NCBI GenBank assembly: GCA_963704775.1 | Contig: CAVPHR010000006.1 | Location: forward strand, 133,391-197,390 | DNA from: an uncultured Chloroflexia bacterium | GTDB taxonomy: Bacteria; Chloroflexota; Limnocylindria; Limnocylindrales; CSP1-4 | DNA: 64,000 bases | Direction: 5' to 3' | Part shown: one piece after another, positions 9,301-21,974 of the stretch | Layout: each line of letters opens with the position of its first letter | Numbering within the stretch: position 1 is the stretch's first letter | The notes under the pieces: model-generated | Database searches by the model: none | Told to the model about the DNA's origin: nothing | What the model saw: the letters and a program-made list of their open reading frames with translations, nothing else | Program-made: the position numbers and the translations under genes

Positions 9301-10140
9301 TCAGCTCAGGGGGGCCTCGGTGGCGATCGGGGCCTCGATCGCGACGGGCTTGCCGACGTCGGAGAACTCGTAGCGGCCGACGATCGAGACGACGGTCGGC
9401 CGCGATCGAGCGACCGCGCTGCCGAGGATCCTGAACTTCGCCGTCACGGGCGTGCCGTCCGCCGTCACCCAGACGTCCATGACGCCGGTCTCGATCTCGA
9501 GGTCCGAGAGCCCCGACTGGTCGGCGTTCGACGCACCGACGACCGAGGGGTCGTCGATCTGCAGGTGGTGGAGCGCCTTGCCGCCGATCGTGTCCAGGCC
9601 CACCCACGCCACTTTGTCCAGCGGCACCGCACCGAGCGGGTTGGCGGTCGTCGGATCGCCCGACAGCTCGACCCAGTCCTGGCCGGCCAGGCGGACGAAC
9701 TCCCGGCCGCCCGCGATGACCAGATCCGCGGTGTCGGTCACGTCGGCGGCCTTGGTGGCGAGCTGTCCGGCCATGTCGCCGGTGTCCGAGACGTCGAGGA
9801 CCAGCCGGATCGTCACCGGCTGCGAGAGGACCACGACCCGGGACGTGAGGACCAGGTGGAATGGGACGCGGTCCGAGCCGGCGAACCTGACGAAGCCCTC
9901 CCGCGCCGCGTTCCCCTCTGGCGTCAGCACGGCCGGTGTCGGCGGTGGGGTCGCGCTGGGGGGCGGGGTCGGTGGCGCCGTGAGCACGGGACGTGGCGTC
10001 GGCCGCGGCGTCGGGATCGGCGTGACCCCGGCGGTGGGTGTCGGCGTCGGCTCGACCGATGCGACGGCCGCGGCGCTGCAGCCGGTGACGGCCAGCAGGG
10101 AGACGATCGCGAGGGCGGTCAGCGCACGTCGGCGAACCAT
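9301..10140 (-). CDS. lipoprotein with a Pro/Thr-rich linker (LppX/LprG-like size)
   Basis: Signal peptide with lipobox LAVTGC, then a PTPTPT linker and a globular C-terminal domain. Confidence 0.6.
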   Translation of the reverse strand: MVRRRALTALAIVSLLAVTGCSAAAVASVEPTPTPTAGVTPIPTPRPTPRPVLTAPPTPPPSATPPPTPAVLTPEGNAAREGFVRFAGSDRVPFHLVLTSRVVVLSQPVTIRLVLDVSDTGDMAGQLATKAADVTDTADLVIAGGREFVRLAGQDWVELSGDPTTANPLGAVPLDKVAWVGLDTIGGKALHHLQIDDPSVVGASNADQSGLSDLEIETGVMDVWVTADGTPVTAKFRILGSAVARSRPTVVSIVGRYEFSDVGKPVAIEAPIATEAPLS

Positions 10141-10220
10141 GGCCCGAGCCTAGCAGTCACGTCGGCGCGAGCGACATGGCGCAGAGGTTGCATAGCGCGG
10201 GCAGGACTTCCCGCTGCTGC

Positions 10221-10728
10221 TCAGTCCTCCCGGCGGTACGGCGCCTGCGACTCGATGTCGCCGACGAACTGGGCAAGGCGCGTGTGCCCGAGCAGCTGCC
10301 GCACCGCCGACGCCTCGCCGATGTGCGACCAGTAGTGGTACGTGATCCGCTGGATCTGCGAGCCGGCGGCCGGGGCATTCGTCCGCCCGTCGAATGGCAG
10401 CGGGACCTCCAGGTCCTCGGTCGTGAGTGCGTCCATGAATGGATCGGCCAGGTCGACCACCCGACCCCACGCTCGCCACATCGCGTCCAGCGCCGGGGTC
10501 GATGGCCGGCGCGCCGTTCGCGACGAGATCGAGGTCCGGTTCGACGCGCATGCCCTTGCCTCGTTCGAGCCAGACCAGTCGCTCGTGCCAGGCCAGGTGC
10601 CCGACCATCCACGAGATGGAGTTCATCGGGTCCAGACGCGTGCGCGCGTCCTCGTCACTCAGACCGCGGAGGCCGCGGCGCCACTCGGATCGCGCGAATC
10701 GGAGCTGGTCGACACGGGGATGCGCCAC
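10221..10728 (-). pseudogene. DinB-family (DinB_2) protein, frameshifted
   Basis: The N-terminal part ([20 protein letters not shown]) is in one frame and the C-terminal part ([17 protein letters not shown]...[15 protein letters not shown]) in another. One or more 1-bp indels near 10480-10550. Confidence 0.55.
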
Positions 10729-10788
10729 GGCCGCAGCCTAGCAGCGTCCGACGTACCATCGCGGCCTGCACAGGAGATCGCCGTCCCG

Positions 10789-11483
10789 ATGCCCAGCCCG
10801 ACCGACCTGCCAAGCCACGTCCAGCGCGATCGTCGACGAGATCGAGACCGAGATCGGCGAGGAGCCCGGGCGGCGCCGAGGCGCTCATCGAGGGCGCCGG
10901 CCGGCACGACGGCGACAACGGCCGGGTCGAGGCCGCGGTCCGCGAGATCCTGAACGAGATCGGCGAGGACCCGGACCGACAGGGCCTGGTCGGCACGCCC
11001 GAGCGCGTCCACCGGATGTACACGGAGCTGACGGCCGGCTACCACGTCGACCCCGAGCGGCTGATCAACGCGGCGATCTTCGACGTCGCCTACAGCGAGA
11101 TGGTGGTCGTCAAGGACATCCCGTTCTACTCGCTCTGCGAGCACCACCTCCTGCCGTTCTTCGGGACCGCGGCGGTCGCCTACATCCCGCGCGGGCGCGT
11201 GATCGGGCTCTCGAAGATCCCGCGCATCGTCGAGATGTACGCGCGCCGGCTCCAGGTGCAGGAGCGGCTCACCCAGCAGATCGCCGAGTTCCTCCAGGAC
11301 CGCCTCGCGCCCCAGGGCGTCGGTGTCGTGCTCGAGGCGACCCACCTGTGCGCGGTCATGCGCGGCGTCCGCAAGCCCGGCACGATCATGACCACGTCAT
11401 CGGTGCTCGGGCTGTTCCGGACGCGTGACCGGACCCGGGCCGAGTTCTTCGCCCACCTCGAACGGCGCTCGCCCGAGGCATGA
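10789..11483 (+). CDS. folE: GTP cyclohydrolase I (FolE), with an apparent frameshift in the N-terminal about 30 codons
   Basis: The core ([34 protein letters not shown]...CEHHLLPF...) is intact. The RBS-supported ATG at 10789 is in a different frame from the core. Confidence 0.65.
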
Positions 11484-11947
11484 CCCGCGTCCGGTTCACG
11501 CGCTGCGCTCCGGCCGATCGAGGGCGGCACCTACGTCGACATCCCGCCCGAGGCCGTCGAGGCGCTCAGGGCGACCGGCCGGACCTCGGTCGTCGGCACC
11601 ATCGACGGCCGGCCGTTCAAGAACCAGTTCATGCCGTACGTCGTTCGAGGGCGAGGGCCGCAAGGTCGTCATGGTCGTCAACAAGGCGACGCGGACGTCG
11701 CTCGGCAAGGACGCGGGCGACACGGTCGAGTTCGACCTCGAGCGCGACGAACGCTCGCGCTCCGCCGACGTCGCCGTGCCCGACGGAGCTCGCCGAGGCG
11801 CTCGACGCCGACGCGGCGGCCAAGGCCGCGTTCGAGGCCCTCGCGCCGTCCCACCGGCGCGAGTTCGCCGAGTTCGTCGCCGAGGCCAAACGCCCCGACA
11901 CCCGCCTTCGACGCGCTGCCCAGACCGTTGCGGAGCTGCGCGGCTGA
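11480..11947 (+). pseudogene. DUF1905/YdeI-type domain protein, frameshifted (3 or more indels)
   Basis: The conserved text (IEGGTYVDIPPEAVEALRATGRTSVVGTIDGRPFKNQFMPY / EGEGRKVVMVVNKATR... / AKAAFEALAPSHRREFAEFVAEAKRPDTR) is split across three frames. Confidence 0.55.
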
Positions 11948-11965
11948 CGCCGCCGCGCCGACGCG

Positions 11966-12671
11966 CTAGGCGCGCTCGACGACCGTGATCGACTTGGCGC
12001 CGCCGACGACCTCGATCGAGAACCGATCGCCGGTCTCGGACCAGCCGCGCGACTCGACCGCCGTGTCGCCGCTCTTCGAGCCGTAGGACTGGCGGTCGAC
12101 CTCGACCTGTCCGGCGCCACCCTTGACCCTGACGCGGACCGGCACGCCCGCCGGCCGTTCGAACCGGATGGTCTTCGCGCCGCCGACGATCCGGACCGGG
12201 ACCTCGCCGGTCGGCCGCCCGAGCTTCGGCCTGGATCCGCTCCGAGCCGCCGATCATGTCGAAACGACGGACGTCGATCTCGCGCAGGTCGGCCTCGACG
12301 CGGTTGACGCCGCCGACCGCCTCGAGGCTCCAGGGGATGGACGGGTTCAGCCCGATCGTCGCGACGCGCTTGCGCCAGTCGAACGGGATGCCCCGGTACT
12401 GGACGAGCACGCGGCCGTCGCGGACGCGGACCTGCGGGGTCGCGCCGTCGAAGCGGGCCCGGTAGAGCTCCGCGGCCGAGCGGCCCGCCCGCAGCCGCAG
12501 CTCCTGGGCGCCTGAGCGGAACAGCAGGCGCGCACTCGGAAGGCCGCCGAGCGGCGCCGAGTGCTCGGCCGGGCCGGTCGGCTCCGAGGCGTCGTCCTCG
12601 GTCAGCGTCCGAAGCCGCGCGGACTCGGACTGGGTGAGGTCGGCCATCCGCGAGAGGAAGTCGTTGATCAT
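11966..12671 (-). pseudogene. DUF4097-like beta-strand-repeat protein (LiaG/YvlB-like), frameshifted; boundary with upstream MarR unclear
   Basis: The C-terminus (VRIVGGAKTIRFERPAGVPVRVRVKGGAGQVEVDRQSYGSKSGDTAVESRGWSETGDRFSIEVVGGAKSITVVERA) can only be recovered by frame hopping. Confidence 0.45.
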
Positions 12672-13009
12672 GGCGAGCTGCTCGGGCGAGTAGCGGTCGA
12701 CCTCGTGCGGCCGCGGCTCGCTCGAGCGAATCGAGCAGTCGACTCGATGGTGGCCACCTGCTCGGGGACGACCTCGACGACGACCCGCCGGCGATCGGCC
12801 GGGTCGGTGACGCGTCGGACGTAGCCCGCCTGCTCGAGTCGGTCGATGACGCGGGTGACCGCGCCCGACGTCAGGCCCATGACCTCGGACAGCTTGCCGG
12901 CCGTGGCCGCGCCGGTGTCGATCAGCAGCTCGAGGGCGTCGATGTCGGACTCGGAGAGGCCGAACCGGATGGCGACGGTCTGCCCGAAGATCGAGCCCTG
13001 GAGGTTCAC
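12666..13009 (-). CDS. MarR-family transcriptional regulator; C-terminal helix (SPEQLAMINDFLSRMADLT) lies in another frame, so probably frameshifted
   Basis: wHTH core GKLSEVMGLTSGAVTRVIDRLEQAGYVRRVTDPADRRRVVVEV. Confidence 0.6.
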
Positions 13010-13057
13010 CCGTCGAAGCGCCCGGACGACGCATTCGACGCTCTGTCGCTGTCCATG

Positions 13058-13103
13058 TTGACATGTGCCTCTGTCGTGGGTGAATATCTGCCCGGTGCAG
13101 ATA
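13058..13103. promoter_or_regulatory. putative promoter (TTGACA-17-TGAATA) overlapped by a 7-5-7 palindrome TATCTGC-ccggt-GCAGATA; candidate MarR operator controlling the ABC exporter
   Basis: Read directly. Lies between the MarR gene (-) and the ABC ATPase gene (+). Confidence 0.45.
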
Positions 13104-13170
13104 ATGACCCACGATGGCTGAACGGCGCAAGTGGCCGGGACCCAGCATAGGGCACAGCAGGAGCGACGCG

Positions 13171-14164
<994 letters not shown>

Positions 14165-14218
14165 ACGCCGAGACCTACGCCCGACCCCTTCCCCAGACCA
14201 CGAACGAGGAGCCCGTTC

Positions 14219-14984
14219 GTGAAGGCCATCCGCGACACCTGGCTCATCTTCCACCGATCGCTCTGCCTGACCATCCGCCAGCCGACCTGGATCGTCTTCG
14301 GGATGATGCTGCCGGTCCTGTACCTGGTCCTCTTCGGGCCGCTGCTCGAAGGGGCCACGCAGGCGGCCGGCGCCGGCACGAACGCCTTCAACTGGTTCGT
14401 GCCCGGGCTGATCATCCAGATCGCGATCTTCGGCACGGCGTTCGGCGGCTTCGGGCTCATCGCCGAGCTGCGCAACGGCGTCATCGAGCGGATGCGCGTG
14501 ACCCCGATGAGCCGGGTCGCGATGCTGCTCGGCCGGTCGCTCCGGGACGTCGTCATCCTGATGTTCCAGGCGATCCTGATCATGATCGTGCTGGCCATCC
14601 CGTTCGGGCTCGACGTCGATCCAGCCGGGCGTCGCGGTCGTCCTCGGCCTGCTCGTGCTGATCGGGCTGGTCGGTCGGCGCCGCTGTCGTACGCGCGGCC
14701 CTGATCCTCAAGAGCGAGGACGCGTTCGCGCCGCTGGTCAACTCGGTCGCCATGCCGCTGCTGCTGCTGTCCGGGATCCTGCTGCCGATGGCGCTGGCGC
14801 CGGACTGGCTGCAGTTCCTGAGCAACCTCAACCCGCTGACCCATGCGGTCGACGCCGCGCGGGCGCTGTTCAACGGCGAGTGGGGCGACCCGGAGATCGC
14901 GATCGGCGTGGCGATCACGCGCGATCTTCGCGGTCCTGTCGCTGTGTGGGTCGGTCGCGGGCGTTCAGCCGCGCCAACGCCTGA
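14219..14984 (+). pseudogene. ABC-2 family permease (DrrB-like), frameshifted
   Basis: KAIRDTWLIFHRSLCLTIRQPTWIVFGMMLP..., then VAMPLLLLSGILLPMALAPDWLQFLSNLNPLTHAVDAARALFNGEW in another frame. Confidence 0.5.
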
Positions 14985-15052
14985 GTCGCGTCTCACGGCG
15001 AACCCGGAGCCCCGGTCCGCGACGCGGGTCGGGGCTCCGGCCTGCCGGGCCG

Positions 15053-15480
15053 TCAGCGGAAGGTCTGGCGGGCCTCGCCCGGCTTGTAGGGCCGCAGCCC
15101 GAACGCCGACCAGGTGTCGTCGACCGAGACCAGCGAGAGCCACATGAGGTCGCCGCCCTCGAGCGGCTCCCAGCCCTTGTCGCGCGTGAGGTCGGTCTGC
15201 ATCTTCGAGGAGCCCTTCGGGTAGCTGATCCAGACCCGGCCGTCGGGCGCGATCGCGGCCTGGATCATCGGGGCGACGACGCCGGCCAGCTCGGCCGACG
15301 GTCCGGACGAAGACCTGGATCCAGTCGAACCGGACCGCCTCGAGCGTCGTGCGCAGGACCGTCACGTCCGACCGGCGGGGCCAGCCGCTCCAGGTAGCCG
15401 GGTGCCGCCCCGATGACCGCGGCCCGCGACCCCGGGCTTGCAGTTTCAGCTTCTGCGGCCAGCGGGGCCGCGGCGGCGGT
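15053..15480 (-). pseudogene. DUF3052-family protein, frameshifted
   Basis: The C-terminal part ([69 protein letters not shown]) is intact. The N-terminal part is in two other frames. Confidence 0.5.
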
Positions 15481-15555
15481 GTCCATGCCCGCATCATCGC
15501 GCCGTCGGCGTCAACGGCCGGGCACGGCCTACGATGCGCTGGCTACGATGCGACG

Positions 15556-15960
15556 ATGACCGACCGGCCGATCAAGGTGCTCATCGCCAAGCCCGGCCTC
15601 GACGGGCACGACCGCGGCGCCAAGGTCCTCGCCCGGGGCCTGCGCGACGAGGGCTTCGAGGTCGTCTACACCGGCCTGCGCCAGACGCCCGAGATGATCG
15701 CCACCGCCGCCCTCCAGGAGGACGTCGACGTCGTCGGCCTGTCGATCCTGTCGGGTGCGCACATGACGCTCGTGCCGCGCGTCACGAAGCTGCTCGACGA
15801 GCGCGGCATGGGCGACGTCCTCGTCACGGTCGGCGGGATCATCCCCGACGACGACGTCGCGGCCCTGCGGGCGGCCGGGCGTGGCCGAGGTCTTCGGGCC
15901 GGGCACGACGATCGCCCAGGTCGCCGACTACCTGCGGGCGAACGCGCGACCGCGCGACTA
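15556..15960 (+). pseudogene. methylmalonyl-CoA mutase small subunit (B12-binding domain), 1-bp frameshift near the C-terminus
   Basis: [69 protein letters not shown] carries the DxHxxG cobalamin motif. The tail ([22 protein letters not shown]) is shifted. Confidence 0.7.
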
Positions 15961-17047
15961 GCGGTGGGGGCCGACGGCCGAGTCCCGGGCATCGGCCGCT
16001 CGTCCGACGCCGCGGTCGCCGGCGACCGGCTGGCGACTCGCGCGGCTGCTGACCGCGGTCGAGAACCGGACGCCGGTCGCGGAGGCCGCCCTGCGGCGCC
16101 TGTACCCGCTGGCCGGCCGGGCGCACCTCGTCGGGATCACCGGACCGCCGGGCGTCGGGCAAGTCGACGCTCGTCGCGGCGCTGATCGCCGAGGTCCGCG
16201 AAGGCCGGCCGGACCGTGGCCGTCATCGCGGTCGACCCCTCGTAGCCCGATCACCGGCGGGGCGCTGCTCGGCGACCGCGTCCGGATGCAGGCCTACGCC
16301 GAGCGACCGACGACGTCTTCATCCGCTCGATGGCGTCGCGCGGCCACGCCGGCGGGCTGGCGTCGACCTCGACGCGCGGCCGCGGCCGTGCTGGACGCGG
16401 CCGGGTTCGACCTCATCCTCATCGAGACCGTCGGGACCGGCCAGAGCGAGGTCGAGGTCGCGGCCGCGGCCGACACGACGGTCGTCCTCGAGGCGCCCGA
16501 GATGGGCGACGAGGTCCAGGCGATCAAGGCCGGGCCTGCTCGAGGTCGCCGACCTGGTCGTCGTGAACAAGGGCGACAAGCCCGGGCGCGCAGCGGACCG
16601 CCGCGCAGCTCCGGGCGATGCTGGTCGCCATCGGCGCCGCGCGCGCGCGGCCGACGAGTGACGCCGCGCCGGCCCGCGGCCGAAGCGGCCGGAGGTCCTG
16701 ATCACGACCGCCGCGACCGGGGACGGGCGTGCCGGAGCTGCTGGCCGCGCTGGACCGGCACCGGGCGGCCGGCGCGGACGGCGGACGTCGTCCGCCGGCG
16801 CGCCTCGCCCGTGCCGAGGCCCAGGTCTGGGCGATCGTCGGCCGAGCGACTGCGTGCAGCGGCTCGCGGCGCGCCGGACACGGCGCACGGCCACGGAGCG
16901 GCTGCTCGACGAGGTCGCCGACCACCGCCTCGACCCGTACACGGCCGCCGACCGGCTGCTCGACCGAGTTGCAGACTCGCTGCGTAGCGGCCGTCGCCGT
17001 CCGCGTCCGGTCGCCTCGGCGACGGGCGTGCCGCGTACCATCGTACG
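15961..17047 (+). pseudogene. meaB: MeaB/ArgK-type methylmalonyl-CoA mutase-associated GTPase, multiple frameshifts
   Basis: [17 protein letters not shown](K)STLVAALI..., SPITGGALLGDRVRMQAYAE, LDAAGFDLILIETVGTGQSEVEVAAAADTTVVLEAPEMGDEVQAIKAG / LLEVADLVVVNKGDKPG lie in different frames. Confidence 0.65.
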
Positions 17048-17049
17048 CC

Positions 17050-17950
17050 ATGGCGCGATCCGATCGAGCGGGTCTTCGTGGCGGGCGCCGGGCTGATGGG
17101 CCACGGCATCGCCCAGGTCCACGCCGCGATCGGCAAGCCGGTGGTCCTGTACGAGCCGGACCTGGCCCGCGCCGAGGCGGGCCGCGACCGGATCGCCGGC
17201 CAACCTCGATCGGGCGGTCGCCAAGGGCCGCCTGACCGCCGGCGGACCGCGACGCGACGCTCGCCCGGATCGAGCCGACCGCCGACGTCGACGACGTGCG
17301 CCGACGCCGACCTCGTCATCGAGGCCGTCTTCGAGGACGTCGCCGTCAAGTCGGCGCTCTGGCGCGAGCTCGACGAGCATCGCGCCGGACCGACGCGATC
17401 TTCGCCTCGAACACCTCGTCGATCGCGATCCACCGCCTCGCCGAGGCGGTCGACGCGCGAGCGCCGCGAGCGGTTCGTCGGGATGCACTTCTTCAGCCCC
17501 GTGCCGGTCATGCCGCTCGATCGAGCTGATCCGCGGCCGCGACACCGTCGGACGAGACGGTCGAGGCGATCCGCGCCCTCGTCGACCGAGCTCGGCAAGC
17601 AGGTCATCGTGTCGGCCGACCGGCCGGGGTTCATCGTCAACCGCATCCTGATGCCGTTCCTCGCCGAGGCGATGCGCGCCTTCGAGGAGGGGCTCGGGAC
17701 GGCCGAGGACATCGACACCGGCGCGCGGGTCGGCCTCAACCACCCGATGGGCCCGCTCGAGCTCGCCGACTTCATCGGCCTCGACGTCTGTCTCGGGATC
17801 ATGCGCGTGCTCGACGACGGCCTCGGCCGGCGACCACTTCCGGCCGCCGCGGGTCCTCGATCGAGCTCGTCGACGGCCGGCCATCTCGGCCAGAAGACCG
17901 GGCAGGGCTTCTACACCTATCCGCGCGGACGGCCGGCGGTCGACGCGTGA
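17050..17950 (+). pseudogene. 3-hydroxybutyryl-CoA dehydrogenase family (Hbd/FadB2-like), multiple frameshifts
   Basis: VFVAGAGLMGHGIAQV, FFSPVPVMPL, RPGFIVNRILMPFLAEAMRAFEEGLGTAEDIDTGARVGLNHPMGPLELADFIGLDVCLGIMRVL are spread over frames. Confidence 0.65.
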
Positions 17951-19153
17951 CCGGCGGCCTGACCGAGGAGGAACGGCTGCTCCAGGCGACCGCGCGCGAG
18001 TTCGCGACGCGCGAGCTGGCCCCGACGCGCCATCGAGCGCGACGAGGCCGAGCGCTACGACCGCTCGCTGTTCACGCGGATGGGCGAGCTCGGCCTCACG
18101 GCGGCGCCGCTCCCCGAGTCGGTCGGCGGCGCCGGGTTCTCGTACCTCGGCTGGACGCTGGTCATGGAGGAGCTCGGCGCCGCCGACATGGCGATGGCGG
18201 TGTCGCTGTCGGTCCACATCCTGTCGCAGTACCCGGTCGTGACCTGGGGCACGCGACGAGCAGCACGCGCGCTGGCTGCCGCCGATGCTCGCCGGCGAGG
18301 CGCTCGGCGCGTTCGCGCTGACCGAGCCGCACGCCGGCAGCGACGCCGCCGCGATCCGGACGCGGGCCGAGCGCGTCGGCCCGGCCGACGCGCCGACCGC
18401 CTACCGGCTGACCGGCACGAAGATCTGGATCTCGAACGCGCCCGAGGCCGACCGCTACCTCGTGTTCGCGACGCTCGATCCGGCGGCCGGGGCCAAGGCG
18501 CATCACCGCGTTCCTCGTCGAGAAGGGGACGCCCGGCTTCCGGTTCGGGGCGCACGAGCGGAAGATGGGGATCCGCGCCTGCCCGGCCGCGGAGCTCGTC
18601 TTCGATGGCTGCGAGGTCCCGGTCGCGAACCGGCTCGGCGCGGAGGGCGAGGGCTACAAGATCGCGCTGTCGGCGCTCGGCGAGGGCCGGATCTCGATCG
18701 CCGCGGCGTGCGTCGGGATCGCGCGGGCCGGGCTCGAGGCCGCCGGCGCGCTACCTCGCCGCAGCGCAAGGCGTTCGGCGGCGCCGCTGGCCGAGCAGCA
18801 GGGGCTGCGGTTCATGCTCGCCGAGATGGCCCGCGACGTGGCGGCGGCGCGGGCCCTGACCCGGGAGGCGGCGCGCGGCCAAGGACCGCGGCGAGCCGAT
18901 CGCCGAGGTGTCGTCGATCGCCAAGTGGACCGCCTCGGACGCCGCGATGCGCGTCGCGACCGACGCCGTCCAGCTGTTCGGGGCGAGCGGCTACTCGCGC
19001 GAGACCGGCATCGAGCGCCTGATGCGCGACGCCAAGGGCGCCCAGATCTACGAGGGCACCAACCAGATCCACCGCCTGATCGTCGCGGACGAGCTGCTCA
19101 AGCGGGTCGGGCCGGCGGCCGACCCGGCGCGGGCTGCTCGAGCGGCGGTGTAG
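17947..19153 (+). pseudogene. acyl-CoA dehydrogenase, multiple frameshifts
   Basis: GGAGFSYLGWTLVMEELGAADMAMAVSLSVHI, ALGAFALTEPHAGSDAAAIRTRAER, YKIALSALGEGRISIAAACVGIARAGLEAA, IAKWTASDAAMRVATDAVQLFGASGYSRETGIERLMRDAKGAQIYEGTNQIHRLIVA. Confidence 0.65.
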
Positions 19154-19162
19154 ATTCGGGGC

Positions 19163-20412
19163 ATGACCCTCCCGAACGCCGGCCCGAACGGCGACGTCTT
19201 CATCGTCAGCGCCGCGCGCACGCCGATCGGCAAGTTCGGCGGGGCGCTGAGCACGCGTCCCGGCCACCGAGCTCGGCGGCGTCGCGATCCGGGCCGCCGT
19301 CGAGCGGGCCGGCCTCGACCCGGCGACGGCCGCGGATCGACGAGGTGCTGATGGGCCAGGTCCTCCAGGCCGGCGTCGGCCAGGCGCCGGCGCGCCAGGC
19401 GCTCCTGCAAGGCCGGCCTCCCCGAACGGCACGTCGCGCGACGACCATCAACCGGGTCTGCGGCTCCGGCCTCAAGGCGATCATGCTCGCCGCCGCCGAG
19501 ATCCGGGCCGGCGACGCCGAGATCGTCGTCGCCGGCGGCATGGAATCGATGAACGGCGCGCCGTACCTCGCTCCCGGGCGCCCGGTTCGGCTCCGCCTCG
19601 GCAACGGCGAGCTGATCGACGCGACCGTCCACGACGGCCTGTGGTGCGCCATCGAGGACTGCCACATGGGCACCCACGCCGAGCGCGTCGCGATCAAGGA
19701 CGACGTCAGCCGCGAGGACCAGGACGCCTTCGCGCTCGCCAGCCACCAGAAGGCGATCGCCGCCATCGACGCCGGCCGGTTCGACGCCGAGATGGCGCCG
19801 GTCACCGTCCGCGACGCGAAGGGCCGCGAGACGGTCGTCACGGTCGACGAGGGCCCGCGGCGCGACTCGACCGCCGAGGCGCTCGCCCGCCTCAAGCCCG
19901 CCTTCGCCCTGCCCGACGGCGAGGACCGCGGCGACGCGACCGATCGGGCACGGTCACCGCCGGCAACGCGCCGGGCATCACCGACGGCGCCGCCGCGACG
20001 GTCGTCGCCAGCGAGCGCGCCGTCGAGCGGCTCGGCCTGAAGCCGCTCGCCCGGATCGTCGGCTACGCCCAGGCCGAGGTCGCGCCCGAAGTGGCTGTTC
20101 CTCGCCCCGGTCGAGGGCGTCCGCCGCCTGCTCGACCGGATCGAGCTGCCGATCGAGGCGTTCGACCTCATCGAGATCAACGAGGCGTTCGCCGCCCAGA
20201 CGCTGGCCGACGGCCGCGAGCTCGGCTTCGACTGGGACAAGGTCAACGTCAACGGCGGCGCGATCGCGCTCGGCCACCCGATCGGGGCGAGCGGCGCCCG
20301 GATCGTCGCCACGCTCCTCCACGAGCTCGGACGCCGCGAGGGCCGCTACGGGCTCGCGACGCTGTGCCTCGGCGGCGGCGGCTCGGTCGCGATGGCCGTC
20401 GAACGGGTCTGA
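19163..20412 (+). pseudogene. acetyl-CoA acetyltransferase (thiolase), multiple frameshifts
   Basis: [106 protein letters not shown]. Confidence 0.65.
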
Positions 20413-20442
20413 CCGCGGCTCGCCGTACACTCGCGCTGAGCC

Positions 20443-21956
20443 ATGACCGAGACCGCCGTCGAGACGCCGACGTTCCGCCACTTCATCGCCGGGGAGTGGT
20501 GCGACTCCACGGCCGGCGCGACCTTCGAGAGCCGCAACCCGGCCGACACGCGCGACGTCATCGGGCGCTTCCAGCAGGGGACCGCGGCCGACGTCGCGAT
20601 GGCGATCAGGGCCGCCGAGACGGCCCGGCCGATGTGGCGCCGGACGCCGGCCCCCAAGCGCGGCGAGATCCTGTACGCCTTCGGCGCGCTCATGGCCCAG
20701 CACAAGGAGCGGCTGGCCCGGGCGATGACCCGCGAGATGGGCAAGGTCATCGCCGAGGCCCGCGGCGACGTCCAGGAAGGCATCGACATCGCCTACCTGA
20801 TGGCCGGCGAGGGGCGCCGGATGTTCGGCGACACGGTCCCGTCCGAGCTCCCCGACAAGTGGGCGATGAGCATCCGCCAGCCGATCGGCGTCGCCGGGAT
20901 CATCACGCCCTGGAACTTCCCGATGGCGATCCCGTGCTGGAAGATCGATGCCGGCCCTCGTGACCGGCAACACGGTCGTCTTCAAGCCCTCGTCGCGACA
21001 CGCCCGCATTGCGCGACGCTGCTCGTCGAGCTGATGGCCGAGGCCGGCTTCCCGCCCGGGGTCGTCAACCTCGTGACGGGCTCCGGCGGCGAGGTCGGCG
21101 ACGCGATCGTCGAGAGCCCGGACGTCGCGGTCATCTCGTTCACCGGCATCTCCGAGACGGGCAAGCGCATCGCCGCCAAGGCCGGGGCGCGCCTCAAGCG
21201 CCTGTCGCTGGAGCTCGGCGGCAAGAACGGCGTCGTCGTCCTCGCCGACGCGGACCTCGACCTCGCCACGGACGGCATCCTCTGGTCCGCGTTCGGGACG
21301 ACCGGCCAGCGCTGCACCGCCTGCTCGCGGGTGATCGTCGAGCGGTCCGTCGTCGAGCCGCTGCTCGAGCGGCTCGAGGCGCGGGCCCGCAAGCTCCGGC
21401 TCGGTTCCGGTCTCGACGAGTCGACCGACGTCGGGCCGCTCATCAACGCCGGCGCGGTCGACAAGGTGGCGGCTACGTCGACATCGGGCCGCGGCGAAGG
21501 GCGAGCTGGTCATCGGCGGCGGGCGGGCGACGGCCGGCGACCTGGCCAACGGCCACTTCTTCGAGCCGACGATCTTCGCCGGCGTCCGGCCGATGGACCG
21601 GATCGGCCAGGAGGAGATCTTCGGGCCGGTCCTCTCGGTCATCCCGGTCGACGACTACGGCGAGGCGATGCTGGCCGCTCAACCAGACCCGCTACGGCCT
21701 GTCGTCGAGCATCTTCACCAGCGACGTGAACACGGCCTTCCGGGCGATGCGCGACTTCGAGACCGGCATCGTCTACGTCAACGCCGGGACGACCGGCGCC
21801 GAGGTCCACCTGCCGTTCGGCGGCTGGAAGGAGACCGGCAACGGCCACCGCGAGGCCGGCCACGTCGCGCTCGACACGTTCACCGAGTGGAAGTCGATCT
21901 ACGTCGACTTCAGCGGCCGCCTCCAGCGCGCCCAGATCGACAACCAGCCGAGCTGA
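20443..21956 (+). pseudogene. NAD(P)-dependent aldehyde dehydrogenase, 3 or more frameshifts
   Basis: [108 protein letters not shown] are readable only across frames. Confidence 0.65.
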
Positions 21957-21974
21957 CCGGGTAGGCTTCCGGCG

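Noticed and set aside
16319-18217. 632-aa ORF on the minus strand
   Set aside because: Antisense to the MeaB and hbd genes. It is uninterrupted only because of GC bias. No domain signatures.
19978-21642. 554-aa minus-strand ORF
   Set aside because: Antisense to the thiolase and ALDH genes, whose conserved motifs are clearly on the plus strand.
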